Below are positions 49,522-63,165 of a stretch of DNA of 64,000 nucleotides, piece by piece. How positions within the stretch are numbered: position 1 is the first letter of the stretch; every line of letters starts with the position of its first letter. Below the pieces are notes generated by a model that did not search any database, was not told where the DNA came from, and saw only the letters and a program-made list of their open reading frames with translations. Source of the stretch: Monocercomonoides exilis PA203 (Eukaryota; Protista; Preaxostyla); assembly GCA_001643675.2 (NCBI GenBank), contig LSRY02000031.1, positions 186,001 to 250,000 of the forward strand, given 5' to 3'. The position numbers and the translations under genes were made by a program.

Positions 49522-51276
49522 ATAAAAGAAAGACGATATTATTTGATATTTGTTATTTTTTCTTTTTTCTTTCTTTGCAAACACATATGCAAATATTACT
49601 GTTACTTTACACAACTATTTATTGATTATCACAAAATAACATTTTATTTATTTATTTATTTATTCATCCATCGTCATCATCTTCCTCTTCCTCTTCCTCT
49701 TCCTCTTCCTCTTCCTCTTCCTCTTCCTCACAATCAACAGAAGCCATCCCTCATTTCGGCTACGACCCCCTCATCACCCCCAGCGGCAAAATTCTCCGCG
49801 GAGAAATTCTTGTTAAATCACCTGGCAATTTCAGTGGTTATTTCAATGAGAAAGAGAAAGAGAAAGAGAAAGAGAATGAGTCAAATTCTTCTTCTTCTTC
49901 AATGCAGACAGAAGATGGGTGGGTGAGGACAGGAGACATTGGAGAGCTGACAGGCCGAAGAAGCATCAGAATCATTGACAGAATCAAAAACGTGTTCAAA
50001 ATGAGTGAAGGGAGCGTGATGAGTGCAGAAGAGATTGAGATGTTGTTTGCTGATATGCCCATTGTGCATCAGATTATGGTGTGTTATTGTGGTTTTTCAT
50101 TCATTCTTTTTTTTTTTTTTTTTTTGCTTTAATTTTTTTTTCTTTTTCTTTTCTTTTTTTTTGTTTTTGTTTTTATTTTGAGGTGGATGGAGAAGAAGAA
50201 GAAGAAAAAGAGAAAAAATAAGATTTGATTTAATTTAATTAGAGATTGAGAAGATGAAAGAGAGAATGAATGAATGAATGAATGAATGAATGAATTATTT
50301 ATATTAAAATGCGAATGAAAACAAATAATTAATATAATTATGATTTCCTAATAATCATTAATCCAACATGTTAATTATCTTTCATTTTCTTCCTCTCTCT
50401 TTATAATTATAATTATAATTATTATTATTATTATTATTATTATTAACATCATCCATTTTCTTCTTCTTCTTCTTCTTCTTCTTCTTCTCTCTCTTTCTCT
50501 CTCTCCATCAGGTGCACTATCATCATCCCTCAGCCTCAGTCATTGCTGTTGTGGTGCCTCGTTTCCCTGAGCTGACAGCACTCGTTTTGGAAGAGGCAGA
50601 AAGAATGAAGCAGAAAGAAGAGGAGGAAGAGAAAAGAAGAGAAGAGAGAGAGAAGAGGAGGAAGGAGAAGGAAGAGAAGGAGAAAGAAGAAAAAGAAAAA
50701 GAAAAAGAGGAGAAAGAGAAAGAGAAAGAGAAAGAGAAGGAAGAAAAGGAAGAGAAAGAAAAGGAAGAGAAAGAAGATAAAAATGAAGAATTGAAAGAAG
50801 ATAACACAGAAAAAGAGGAAAAAGAAGAAAATAAAGAAAAGAAGGAAGAAGTTAGCAAAGGATCACAAGAAAACACCAAACAATTCCAAAAAGAAGAAGA
50901 AGGAGAAGAAGAATCCAAAATCCGAAGAAGAAGATCAACCAAAGAGAAAAAACCCCTCTCCGCCCCACCGCCCCACCCCGCCACCCAAAAGATTTCTTCT
51001 CGTCTTCTTTCCATTGCTTACAACCCTCGTGCCCTCTGCCAGTCTTCCATCGTCAGAGCCATCGTCATTCGCTCATTCATCGCCCATGCTCGTGCCAGAG
51101 GCAAGCCACAGAGCTGGGTGCCAAACTTGGTTATTCTCACTACAGAAGAGTTTTCGGTGCTGAATGGACAGATGTCGCATTCGCTCAAACTGCAAAGAGA
51201 AGCTATTAGAAAAGCACATTGGGATGAAATTAGGGAGATACTAAAGCTGGAAAGGTCAAGAGATAAAGTTGATTGA
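46233..51276 (+). CDS. Long-chain fatty acyl-CoA synthetase (ACSL/FAA type, ANL superfamily), multi-exon, with low-complexity insertions
   Basis: CLGWRK...GEYQWINY, GDYVGIMSSNRPEW, SYLPLSHIYPR, DLQKLHPTFFPVVP, FGGSIRLITTGTAP, EGYGLTETGG, TVGIPLPGVQVKL, RGEILVK, DGWVRTGDIG, IIDRIKNVFK and NGQMSHSLKLQR; start codon uncertain. Confidence 0.9.
48430..48552. repeat. Intronic (TCTA)n / (TC,TTTC)n microsatellite
   Basis: Directly visible pyrimidine-rich tandem repeats just upstream of an AG acceptor. Confidence 0.85.
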
Positions 51277-51358
51277 TTGTTATTCTAAATTGGGAATTTG
51301 ATATGGGTTTGATCAGATAGAAAATTACTGTTCTTGTTCTTTGTGAACGAGAGGAGTA

Positions 51359-54300
51359 ATGACTTCACACATATTTAAAAGTACTATTCAAAATGATAAA
51401 GATTTTATTGTTCTTACAGAATTTAATGAACAAGAAGGAGTTTGATTATTTTTTACATTTCAATTATAACATAATTTTTCTGTTTAATATTGAAATTACA
51501 CAGCCAATTCCTCTCTTTGTTTATCCAAAAAAGATAACTCTTCCTAAGTTTAAAATACATTCATTTGCTATAAGAATCATGACTGTTGAAACCGATTACA
51601 AAGCCCGAAACGTTCCTGATCATCTTCCTCATGAAACGTCCACAATGCTTATTGATGAGTCAGAAGACATCTATTCAATTGTATGTTTTATTTGATTTAT
51701 ATAGCAATTATTATTCACACTGTTTGTATATTTAAAGGTTTATCATTTTACTCTTTCCGATGTATTTGCCCGAGGTTACGTCAGACCACTTGCACTCAGT
51801 TATTGTGCATCGTCAAAAACAAAGATAATGTCTATTTATGAAGAAGTCAGACAAGAGTTCCAGATGGTTTTAACAATATTTTTCAATTCTTTTCTTATAA
51901 CAATTGTTTTGAATCAAATTTTTAAACTTTGATTTGAAATATTACAGATTGTCAGACACCTCCAAACTGAGAATTGGCGCCTTTTCCGCCACGACTTGTT
52001 GACGCGGATTCGCAACATCCGATGGACGTACGATTGTCTTGCTCAGAGGCTTTCACCTCTGTTTGCAGCAGGTCCATTGAGAGAATGGAACGAGACAGAA
52101 AAACAGCGCCGAACATATCGCCTTGCGAAGGTCCGCAGCAAAATCACGATTGACGACTTGTACAACGATGAAGAAGAGAACCAAGGAGAAGATAGCAACG
52201 CAGACGCTGAGAAAGGGGAGCATTCGAGCTCAACATTGCAGGTGTTTGAGGAAAGAGGATGGGTTGGGTCGTCTGACTTGGAAGGGATGGGCATATGGGA
52301 AGTGCTGAATGAGCTGAGTGACTTTGACCAGAGGCTGCGGGGCCTGTTCTATCGAAGGAGGAGAGAACTGATGGAGAGGGGGATACAAACAAAAGAGAAT
52401 GAAGGGAGTGTCGAGGAAGTGATTGGGGATGTGAATGAGTTGTTGGTTGATTGGAAAGAGAGAGGAGAAAGAGAAGGGAGAGGAGAAAGAGGAAGAGGAA
52501 GAGAAGGAAAAGAATCATTGTTGAAGGAGAATTGGCTGGATGAAGAGATTTTGCGCAGTTTTGATCTAATTCAAAGGAGAAAAGAACTGAAAGAACAGAA
52601 AGAAGGCAAAAACACAATAAAAATAAAGTCAAACAATAATAACAATAACAAAACAGTTGAAGAAACACAGAAAAGCAGCATTTCAAATGAAGATGATCCA
52701 TTTCTGTCAAATCTCTTCCCTTTTTCAGTGATTGAGTCAACTTTTTGGAAGGCTCCTACAAATTCGTCAAACACATCTTCATTTTGTGAGAAAGATGATG
52801 TTGATGTGCTGATGTTTTTGTATGCTGATCTTGTTTTGTCTTCACATTTGCAGTCAAAAACGGGAAGAGAGAAAGAGAAAGAGAAAGAGAAAGAGAAAGA
52901 GAATGAAGAAGAAAAAGAAAAGGAAACAGAAGTTATGAAACAACAAAGCAACAATATTGATTCGAATTATCTAATATCATCATCATCATCATCAGCTTCT
53001 TCTTCTTCCTCTTTTTCTTCTTCCTTTCGTGTCAGCTTATCTCGTTTGTGTGTTCTTCTTCTTCCTTTTGCTTCTTCTCCTTCTCTTCTTCTTCCGCCTT
53101 CGATCTACAAAAACATCCAACTCGACAAAAGACGAAGAAACATCGATGAAATATGCACTTACCCTCCTCCTGATGCTTTTGGTACTTCTTCTTCTTCTTC
53201 TTCTTCTTCCGCCACCTCCTCTTCCTCTTCTGTTGATCGTTTTGCCTTTCTTTCTCTTCTTTCTCCTTTCAATCGACTTGTTTCTCTCCAACAACATTTC
53301 AACAGACCTCTTTCGTTGCACATGTTGGATATGATATCATCTCTTGAATTGCCTGGACTGAATAACAAATACATGGGAGAAGAGGAAGAGGAAGAGGAAG
53401 AGGAAGAAGAGGAAGAAGAAGAAAGAGAAAGAGAAAGAGAAGAAGAAAGAGAAAGAGAAAGAGAAGAAGAAAGAGAAAGAGAAGAAGAAGAGAAAGAAGA
53501 TGAAAGTGATGATGAATTAATAAATCATTCAGATGAGCAACTGAATGATAATAAAACAAATGATAAGCCACAAAATATGAATAAATCTAATTCTTCGATT
53601 TCTTTCACTTCTGAAAAAGAAAAGGAGAAAGAAGAAGAAGAAGAAGAAGAAACAGAAAAGGATAATTTCTCAAGAAAACCAACAAATTCACCAAATTCCA
53701 ATCAATTTGAACTCACACCATATCGTCCTCTTCCACACACACAACAAAACATCCAACCAAAAACACACAAAATTCTCAACCAGAAAAGAGGTGTATATGG
53801 AAATGGGGTGTTTTCTATGGGAAATCTTCATATTTTCTCGTTTTTCACGCCATTTCCATACACAACAAGGAGATTTGCATCTGTTTGGAAGGAGGTTGAA
53901 GGAGAGAAAAACGAAATGTGTTCAGAATTTGTTCAAAAAATGAAGTTGGATGAAGAAAAAAATGTGTTTTTGGATGGTTCGTTGAAAGGGATAAAAAGAG
54001 AATTTGGAATGAAAGAGAAAGAGAGAGAGAAAGAGGAGGAGAAAGAGAAAGAGAAAGAAGAGAAAGAAGAGAAAGAGAAAGAGAAAGAGGAGGAGAAGGA
54101 GAAAGAGAAGGAGAAAGAAGAGAAAGAAGAAAAAAATGAATGTTTGATGAAGAATTCATATGAGTTGAATGGAAATGGAAATGGAAATGAAAACGGAAAG
54201 AAGAAAAAGAAGAAAAAGAAAAAGAAGAAGCGATTGAAAGAAGAGTTAGATTTAGACAGAACAAACGAAATAACATCAACAAATCCTTTTTCATTGTCAA

Positions 54301-57300
54301 ATTCTTCTTCTTCTTCTTCCTCCTCCTCTCCCTTTTCTTCTCTTTCTTCTTCTTCTTCTTCGTCCACTTCCTCTTCTTCTTCTTCCTCATCTTCTTCTTC
54401 TCCATTAACATCATCATTTCCCATTCAACCATCCACTTTTGAGAGAAATTCTCCTTCTCCGCCTGTTTTGAGAGGGAAACAGAAACATCCAAATGAAATC
54501 ATTCCATTCACTTCACATTCTGTCCTATTGAAAAATGAAGCAGAAAAAATAAATAATTTAATTTCATCATCATCATCATCATCTTCTTCTTCAAATTCTT
54601 CCTCTTCTTCATCTCTTCCTCAGATTCAATTCACAAATCTATCACCACATTCACCACAACACACACAACATTCACCACATTCATCACCTTCATCACCTTC
54701 TTCACCTTCTCCTCCTCCTCCACAAATAATATCTTCATTTTCTTCTTCTTCTTCTTCTTCCTCTTCCTCTCCTTCTCCATTATCTTCTTCTTCTTCTTCT
54801 TCCACTCCTCCTTCCTCTTCTTCTCCTCTTGCTCCTGTTCCTCCTCCTCCTTGTTTATCTCACCATTTCACTCTTCAGACCTCCTCCAATCAAGAATTCA
54901 CTTTCAAAACAGACAAAATTAATAATATTTCAAATATTCCAAATATTTCTGATGTTTTTGGTGTTTCCAATGAAAAAACGCTTATTTCTTCTCAAAATGA
55001 ACTTCTTTGTTCTTTTCCTCTTCCCTTTCAGCCTCTTCTTCAGCAGCAAATCAATCACAGATCGAATATTCTGAGTGAATGCTACAAGAAGGATAATGTT
55101 AATAGCATTTATGATGACAGAAGAAGAAGAAATGAAAGAAGAAGAAGAAGAGGAAAAGAAAATGGATTGAACAAAAATAGGAAAATGGAGAATTTTGAGA
55201 TTTCTTCGAATTTTGGAGATGAAAAAGAGATTTCTAAAGAGAATAAAAATAATAATACTCAATCACCTTCATCTTCCTCTTCTTCTTCACTCACTTTTTC
55301 CTCCTCTTCTTCTCTTCTTAATTCTTCCAAATCACATTTCTTCTCCTTCAAACCACTCAAAACATCACCTTCAATCACTAAACATATTCTCTTTCCAACA
55401 AATTCCAAAGGAAACTTCCATTCTTCATTCAACAAACACAAAAATTACAATATTTCTTCTCCTCTTTCATCATCATCATCATCTTCCTCTTCTATTTCAC
55501 CCCACCCACAGTTTTCTTCTCTTTTGACTTCTTATTTTTCTGCTCTTCCTTTCTTCTCTTCTGATTTCAATCAACCTTTCTCTCAAACACAATCACATCT
55601 TTCTCTTCCTTCCAATCAATTTAACCAAAAAATGGCATTTCAAAAGAGTTCTATTGGATATTCAAATGAAATAAATTCTTCTTCTTCTTCTTCTTCTGTT
55701 TATCCATTTTTTATGCTTTCTCCAAACAATTTGAATGTCTTCTGCAACAAAAAGAATTCAAAAATTTCAAGTTTCCAATCGAAAGAAGACGAAGAACTGA
55801 AAATATTCGAAATAAACACACAAACTCAATCACAAACATCACAATTTCCTTCTTCTTTTTCTCCTTCTTCTTTTTCACTATCATCATCTTCTTCCTCTCC
55901 TCATATCCAACCATTCACTTCTGATATTCTTTCTCAATCTTTCCCTTCTCCTCCCCCCTCTCAACAATCTTCTCATTCATTTCATTCAAATACCTCTTTC
56001 ACCCAGTTTTGCCTTCCTTTCTCCCCTTTCTTCGGCTTTTCCCTTCCTTTCACATTTCCTCGCTCTCTTTCTTCTTCTTCTCTTCGTCTTCTTGTTTTGT
56101 CTTCTGCTTTGTTGCATGCTTCTTCTTTTCTCTCTCATCTTTCTTCTCCTTCCTCTCTTTTTTCCAATGTTCCCTTTCCAACTTTCAAAAGAAGGAAAAC
56201 AATGCTCATTTCAAAGCAGAACAGACACTCTATGCTTTGTTTGCCTCCTCTTTCTCCTTCTCTTGCAACTTCATCATCATCATCATGTTTTTCTTCTTCT
56301 TCTGTTAGTATTTTATCATCTAATAACAATTCAAATACTCGAAATTCTGAAAGTGTCGGCTTGAAATTAGGAGAAGAAACTTCATCTTCAATTTCATTTT
56401 CTTCTCAGTCAAACAATAATATTTCTCAATCTATTGAAAATTCCTCAAAGAATAACAATAATATCAATAACAATAACAACTTAATTTCAGAAGAAGAAGA
56501 AAAAGAATCAGAAGAAGGGGAAGAAGAAGAAGAAGAAGAAGCATTATCTTCAGATGTCTTTGCCAACAGATCGTCTTCTGTTGGCTCTTTTGTGACTGTT
56601 CTCAGAAACATCACAACTTCTTCTTTTTCTCCTCAAAATAACAAAAAGAGGAAGAACAATGATGATGATGATGATAATGCTGATACTTCTGATTATCCTA
56701 ATTCACTTTATGTTTCGTCAAAAGACGATAAAACTGGATCAGAAATAACACAAAATGGAGGAAATCAAACGAATTCATCATCTTCAACAGAGAAAGAAAA
56801 AGATTCAAAAAATAAACCATCACCAACATTGTCTCCATCCACTTTCCTTCTCAAAGGCCCCATTTTAACCAGCCATCAATTGCTGGCAAGTGTTCCTCAT
56901 CCAACGTTGCCTTCGGCTGCTCCGCTGGATTCTTCATTGATCTTGACAAATGCCATCAATTCTGTTTCAAATGAGACTAAAAAAAGTGAAAGAGAAAATG
57001 TGTTTAACACACAAATTGAGAGTGGGAAAGAAGAAAATGAAGGCAAAGAGAAAGATAACACAGGAAATGTAAGCAAAGAAACAGAACAAACTGAAAACGG
57101 AGGAGCAGCCAGCGATGAATTCGAAGAAGTGTTTGTGGAGAACGAGTCAGAAGTGCTGAGTGCAGAGGAGCTTGTGACGAACGCCATTGGAGATGCAGTG
57201 GAAGATGCGATTAATTCGTCTCTGGTGATCAGAAGAGAGACAGACATGACAACATCTTCACAGTCTTTCTCTCTCATGCACATCGCAGACATGTTAGAGC

Positions 57301-60300
57301 CTCCACAGATCATTCCATCGGAAGCTGTTTTGTCAGAGGAATGCAACGAAGGAGAAGGAAATGACTCTTTCTTCATGAACAACACAATTAACTCATTCAA
57401 TTCAGCCTCAAAGGACACAGCCATGTTGAATTATCAGCATCCAAACGATTCTTCAATGAGCAACACTTTGCCTTCCACAGGAAGAATGCGCTCGCAATCA
57501 CAAGTGTTTTCCAAGCGCCCTTCAGTCGATTCATTCCAAACAGATGCTGACAGCTCTTTTCGCTCTTTCAACACATTCTCCTCTCCCCTTTGCCTTCCCA
57601 CAGAGCACAAACTGTTTCCTATTCAGTCTTTCTCCTCGTTTGTGTATCAGTCTTTGCTTCACAGCTCAATCAAACAGCATGTGAATGACAATCCAACAGC
57701 CCCTCCTTATTTCTCTGATTGCGAAGATACAAACATTTCATTCACCAAAGCAGAAGTTGATTGCTTGAAAGACACGAGAATAAGAAAGCTGATGAACAGA
57801 ATCAATGGAGATGAGAATGCAGAGAAAGAAGCTATTTCTTTGAGACGCAGAACAAATGAAACAAAACAAAAAGAAGACAATAACAACAAAATTTCATTGA
57901 ATGTTCCAATTTCACGCCTTCTTCCTCCTCTTCAGCCTTCTCTTGTTCCTTTCCCTTCTCAGCCCTCTCTTTCAGTCACACCTTTCCTTCGCGACTTTCT
58001 TGTTGGTGTTGAGCTCTCCTTCTATCAACATCGCGTCCATCCAATTTCTTCTCTTCTTTCCTCTTCCTTTTCATCTTCCTCATTCCACAGCTCAAACCCC
58101 ACACAAAACACCTCTTTCTCTCCTGCTCTTCTTTATCTCTTCTTCAAACGCTATCCGCTCATGAAGATAGCTGCTGTCTCTCTTCTTTGTGGTATCCCTG
58201 TGATTGTCTACGCCTCAGAAGAGATGAAAGAGGAGGTGATTGCAATCATCGGTTGCCTTTCTCTGTTTGTAGCCACACCGTCTGTAATGAATGTGCTCAA
58301 ACCAGATTTTGGAAGATTATCAAAATCATCAAAGAAATCTAAATCTTCTTCTTCTTCATCATCTTTTCCTGTCTTTTCTTCTCCTTCCATTCAGCTCTGG
58401 CGCACAACAATGCTTTCTCCCTGTGATTTGGCTGGGATTTCATTGTGTGGGCTATCAAAGATATACTTCAACAGCACCAATAACATCAACAATAACAATA
58501 ATCCATTTTCTAATGATTGGAGCAACTTTGCAATGGAATACAATGCAAAAGCCAACCAAACCAGGAGAAGAGCGAGTGAAACAGTCAAACCCACTCCCTT
58601 CACCCCTCCTGCCCGCAAAACAACCATCCGCGACAACTCAATCAGAAGTGCCTGTTTTTGGGACTTTGATGCGATGAAGATGAGGGCGACGTCGTTCACA
58701 CTGGGGAGAATCACAAAGCAGATGTTCCGCCCGCTCCTCTTCGACTGGGCAGACCGCGACTTGAATGTGGAGGCGAAGGATTTGGAAGGAGATCCCTTGT
58801 TCTTTGAGTACACAACGCATCCAATCACAAAATACCTTCCGCTTCTTTTAAGTCCCCACTTACACACAAACAGCCAAAATGTGGAGCGTTCTTTTGCTTC
58901 TGCTGGATCAGCATTCAATCTCTGCTCTCCTCAAACATCATTCGTCTCAGCCACTTTGCCTGCTCGTTCGGGGCAGATGAAGCAGACACCCGATGGCTCC
59001 TATGTTAATTCAATGCAATCTACCAATCTTTCTTCTTCTTCTACTACTTCTTCTATTGCCACAAATAGTCCTCTTTCTATTCCTCCCTTCCTCTCCTTCA
59101 TCAACTCGCTCCCTCTCCGTCTCAGTGCCATCTACTTCCTCCAGCAGATTCTTGTTTCTCTGAGACAGTTTGCCTCAAATGCATTTCTCTTCTTCGTCGG
59201 CCAGCGTCTTTTCACTTTCTCCTCGCCTCGCAGCATCCTCCCTGCCATCAACACGAAGATGTTTATGTCTCAGCAGCTGAATGAAGAGCGCGAAAACACA
59301 GAAAACGAAAAATCCCACGCCAAAATGATCAGAACAGAACATATTTCGAGATGCTATTCGACTGACAGATTGGACGAAGATGTTAATTTTGGAAGAACAA
59401 ACAGCATTTCAAAGCAAAGCTCAAACACAACCAAAGACAAAAAATTCGATCATAGTTCTGCCTCTCCTCCTCCTCAGCAATATACTTCTCTTTCTCCATT
59501 GCTTCAGCATACAAGTGCGTTCAATGAAGAAAACAGTTCTTCTTCTTCTTCCACTTCTTCTTCACAGCAATACACTTCCATTCAAAAGCATTCTTCTGTC
59601 TGTCCTCTGCCTCCTGTTCCCTATCTCGGCGAATCAACCCTTTCTGACACAGATTCTGCTGCTAATCCATTGGATCATTCAAATACAAGCAATAATAACA
59701 ATAACAATAACAATAACAATAGCACAAAAATGAATACTGGAAATAACTCAAATGGAGTAACTCGTTCTAAGTCTCCATCACTGGCTTCTTCATCTCCGAC
59801 AATACAGTTTGTATCTTCTGCCTCGTCTTTGCTTCTTCCTTCTCTTTCTTCTCCTTCTCCTTCATCAACAACAACATCATCATTATCATCTTCCTCTTCC
59901 ACTTCTTTTCTCACACACAAAAAAGTACCCTTCCGTCTGCCACATCGAAGTGTCACCCGAACAGAATCAGCAGCTGACCTCCAAATGCTTCAGGAAACAA
60001 CACTCTCTTCTCTGTTGCAGAGCAGAAACGAAGGGCATTCACAAAACTCTTCTTCATTGTCGCCTTCAGGTGGAGAGAAGAAAGGCAAAGCAAGCCATTT
60101 TACACTTCTGCAGCAAAGAATTGATGCTGCTGTGAACAACGATATTGTGGATGAATCAATGGTATTTGTTTATTTAATTGATTATTTAATTATTGTTCTC
60201 TTTCTCTTTCTCTTTCTTTTTTTTGACATTAAAAATGATTATTTTATATCTTATACCTTTTCCATTAAACATTTCTCTTTCATTTTCTTCTTTTTCAATT

Positions 60301-60773
60301 CTTATTGATTCATCGATTTATTCCAAAATTGTCCCAGACAAACATTGTCCAATTCATCGGAGCAGAATACAAAGACATCAGAAGCAGCGATTTATCCTCA
60401 CTTGTTCTACCTGCCTGGCATGACACATCAACAACTGCTGCTTCATCTTCGAAGGATTCTTCTTCTTCTTCTTCCTCTTCTTCTTCTCTATCTTCCTCTC
60501 CTTCTTCTTCATCTTTCATAAAGCCAGCCACAAATTCCTATGAATTTTCGAATTCACTTGAGCTTGCAGCCACTCGTGTGTCTAAGGACTTTCTGCAAGA
60601 CCAAATGTTCCTCAGACACAAACTGCTGGAGTCAATGAACATCAGCAACACAGACGCTGCTATTGTGATGGTATGGCATATTCTATTTATTTATCTATTA
60701 TTAAAGTTTTTATTTCTTATTATCTATTCTTTCTTTTAAAAAAATCATTTTTGAATCAATCTGCATTTGCGCT

Positions 60774-60817
<44 letters not shown>

Positions 60818-60961
60818 GATACTTTGTTTTATTAGCATTTTTCTCATCTGATGATGCAGCAAACACAAGCAAGTGGAACTGTCCCTTCATTCGTTTCCAT
60901 TCCCCTTCTCCAAAAGAAGACAATCAGAGTGTACAAATACGAAGATGCAGCTGGCAGATAG
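51359..60961 (+). CDS. SMCR8: SMCR8-like (folliculin/SMCR8 longin-DENN family) giant protein, multi-exon with one ~8.2-kb exon
   Basis: Spliced N-terminus DFIVLTEFNEQEG-PIPLFVYP, IRIMTVE, VYHFTLSDVFARGYVRPLALSY...KIM and HLQTENWRLFRHDL match SMCR8 uDENN signatures recalled from memory; SLLCGIPVIV resembles the cDENN motif; last exon ends EDAAGR* at 60961. Confidence 0.75.
60776..60815. repeat. Intronic poly(A) run (~40 nt)
   Basis: Directly visible, within the predicted last SMCR8 intron. Confidence 0.9.
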
Positions 60962-61721
60962 ACAGAAAAGAGAATAATCTTTTTCGTACATGTTAGTTTT
61001 CAATTTTGCTTGTTAATTATAGTTTGTTTTCTGAATTAACACACTATTTATTATTTAATGATTCAGTTTGAAGAAAAAGAAAACTAATTAAAAATGACAT
61101 ATTCCATTTGGAATAGCACGTTTTCATTCTCTAAGTTAACTTTCTATGTACTGAGTATCTTAATAACTTACAAAGGAGTGTAATTTATTTCATGTTTATG
61201 AATTTTTTATTTCTGTTTTTATCCTCCAATAATTTTTACTATTCGTTTTTATTTCGTTTCACGAAGTATTAAATCCACAAAAAATAACAGTTTTCTCAAC
61301 ATTTCAAATTGTTTTCAAGTTGAAAAAAAAATAAATCAATAAAAAACCAATTTGAATTCAGATAAAAAATGAAAAATGAAAATAAAAGAAAAGAAAAATT
61401 ATCGATTCACATGCTCCTCTTTCCCAACAAATATCCTTTTAATTTGTTCTCACCCACAAAAATTAAAATCCTCAATTCTTCTTCCTTCTCTCTAGCTCTA
61501 CTCAATCCGCTTTATAAGTCGTTTTCAAAAAAACAACCTAAACGCGGTTAACGTCAAAATGATAGAGAAATAGTTAAACTGATATCTTTTAACTTCTAAA
61601 AGAAAACATATTCTGCGTTGAATCAATTGTTACAGCAGAAACATTTCGAAATCATAATTTCACTAAAGCTCTGAAAAAATAAAAAGTGATACACATTTAA
61701 GCAAATGAAAATCTTTGTTCA

Positions 61722-63165
61722 CTAGATTATTCTTTTTCGTTTGCATTTTTTCACTTCCTTTACTTTCTCCTCATCCTCCTCTTCTTTCTCCACCTTTCCC
61801 CTCTTCTCGTCTTCCTTTTCCGCCTTTTCCACTTTCTCCACCATCTCCACCTTCTCCACCTCCTCCATCTTCTCTTCTTTCTCTTTCAAAATCTCCTTTT
61901 CAATGTCTTGCCTCTTAACCAAGATTCGATATCTATCCTTCAGCTGCATTGGTGTCCTGTGCCATTCGAATTCTTCATCCTTCACAATCATCGCCCATTG
62001 CATTCCATGCCTTTCTACACCCTTTCTCAGCGCTTTATCTTCGGCTTCTGTCCAAAACTTGTGAGAAATTGGAAAAAAAAAAATAAGAAAAAATGTTTAT
62101 GAAATAGCAGGATTAAATTTATGATTAGATTTCATTAATCAAAAATATGAGAAAAAGATTAATGCAAACCACTCTTTTCTTCTTTTGTTCATTTTTTCTT
62201 TTTATTTCATTTGGATCTTCGATCGTTTTCACCTTTTTGTTTCTTTCAGTTACAGTTTGACTTCTTCCTTGTCGTTCAGATAATTTTGCATCATTATTCG
62301 CTTCAAACGCTGATTCTTCCTTCATCATTTCTTTTCTACTTCTTTTGCATGGCACTTCCTCAATCATTTCTATTTCTTTATCATCATGATTACAGGTCCC
62401 ATATTTCTCAGCTTTTTCCTCACTTTTTCTCTTCAAACGCCTCAATGCCTTCGAAGGCAAAGTCTTCGTACAATGAAATTCATTTGGATGGCATGCATTA
62501 ATTCTCAATTCTCCAGATGAAAATTGTTTACTCTCAATTTTGCGTTGAGTCAAGTCAATCCTATTGGCATTATTTGTATTTTGAAATTCTAATTCCTTGT
62601 TATCCATTTGAATAGTGCGCTTAAGTTGTGCAAGACTTTCTTCAATCTTTTGTATTTTGTGTTTCTTCTTTTTAACTTTTATTCTTGAAATTTGTTTAAT
62701 GCCTTCGCTCATAAAGTTAAATTCTTGTAATTTATGTAGCATATCCAATAAAATACTCACATGCTCGACAAACGATTGAGAACAGTCATGTGCAAGAATT
62801 TCATCAAAAAAACAACATAATTTAATCTCCATCCCTTCACTGAGAGGAAAAAGCATTTCTTTCAGTTCCTCATCTTCTAATATTCTTTCATTTGTTCCAA
62901 AGATAAACTTTGCAAATTCTTTTTTTAACGTTTCCTTTTCAACAATGTCATTCATTTTATTTCTTTCTGTTCTAATCCACAATTTTAAAAGCTGAGATTG
63001 TGCTCCTAAAGACCTCATAAGAAAAATCCATGGCCACTGTGTTATAGATTCTATCTGATTTTCATTCGAACTTAATTCCCAATGCTGATTGTTCAAAAAA
63101 TCATCTTCATTTTCCATCTCCTGTGTGATTGATCGTGTAATTCTTTTTGACTTTACACCTATCAT
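61722..63165 (-). CDS. Single Myb/SANT telobox-like protein (TRF-like); exons 63165-62170 and 62057-61722
   Basis: Splicing gives KKKRV-FWTEAEDKALRKGVERHGMQWAMIVKDEEFEWHRTPMQLKDRYRIL, a telobox-type Myb (RT..LKD(K/R)(W/Y)R) near the C-terminus; GT-AG intron 62058-62169; further upstream exons possible. Confidence 0.78.

Noticed and set aside
60776-60815. Poly(A) run as a retrocopy tail
   Set aside because: No TSD or upstream processed-gene body; it lies within a short predicted intron.
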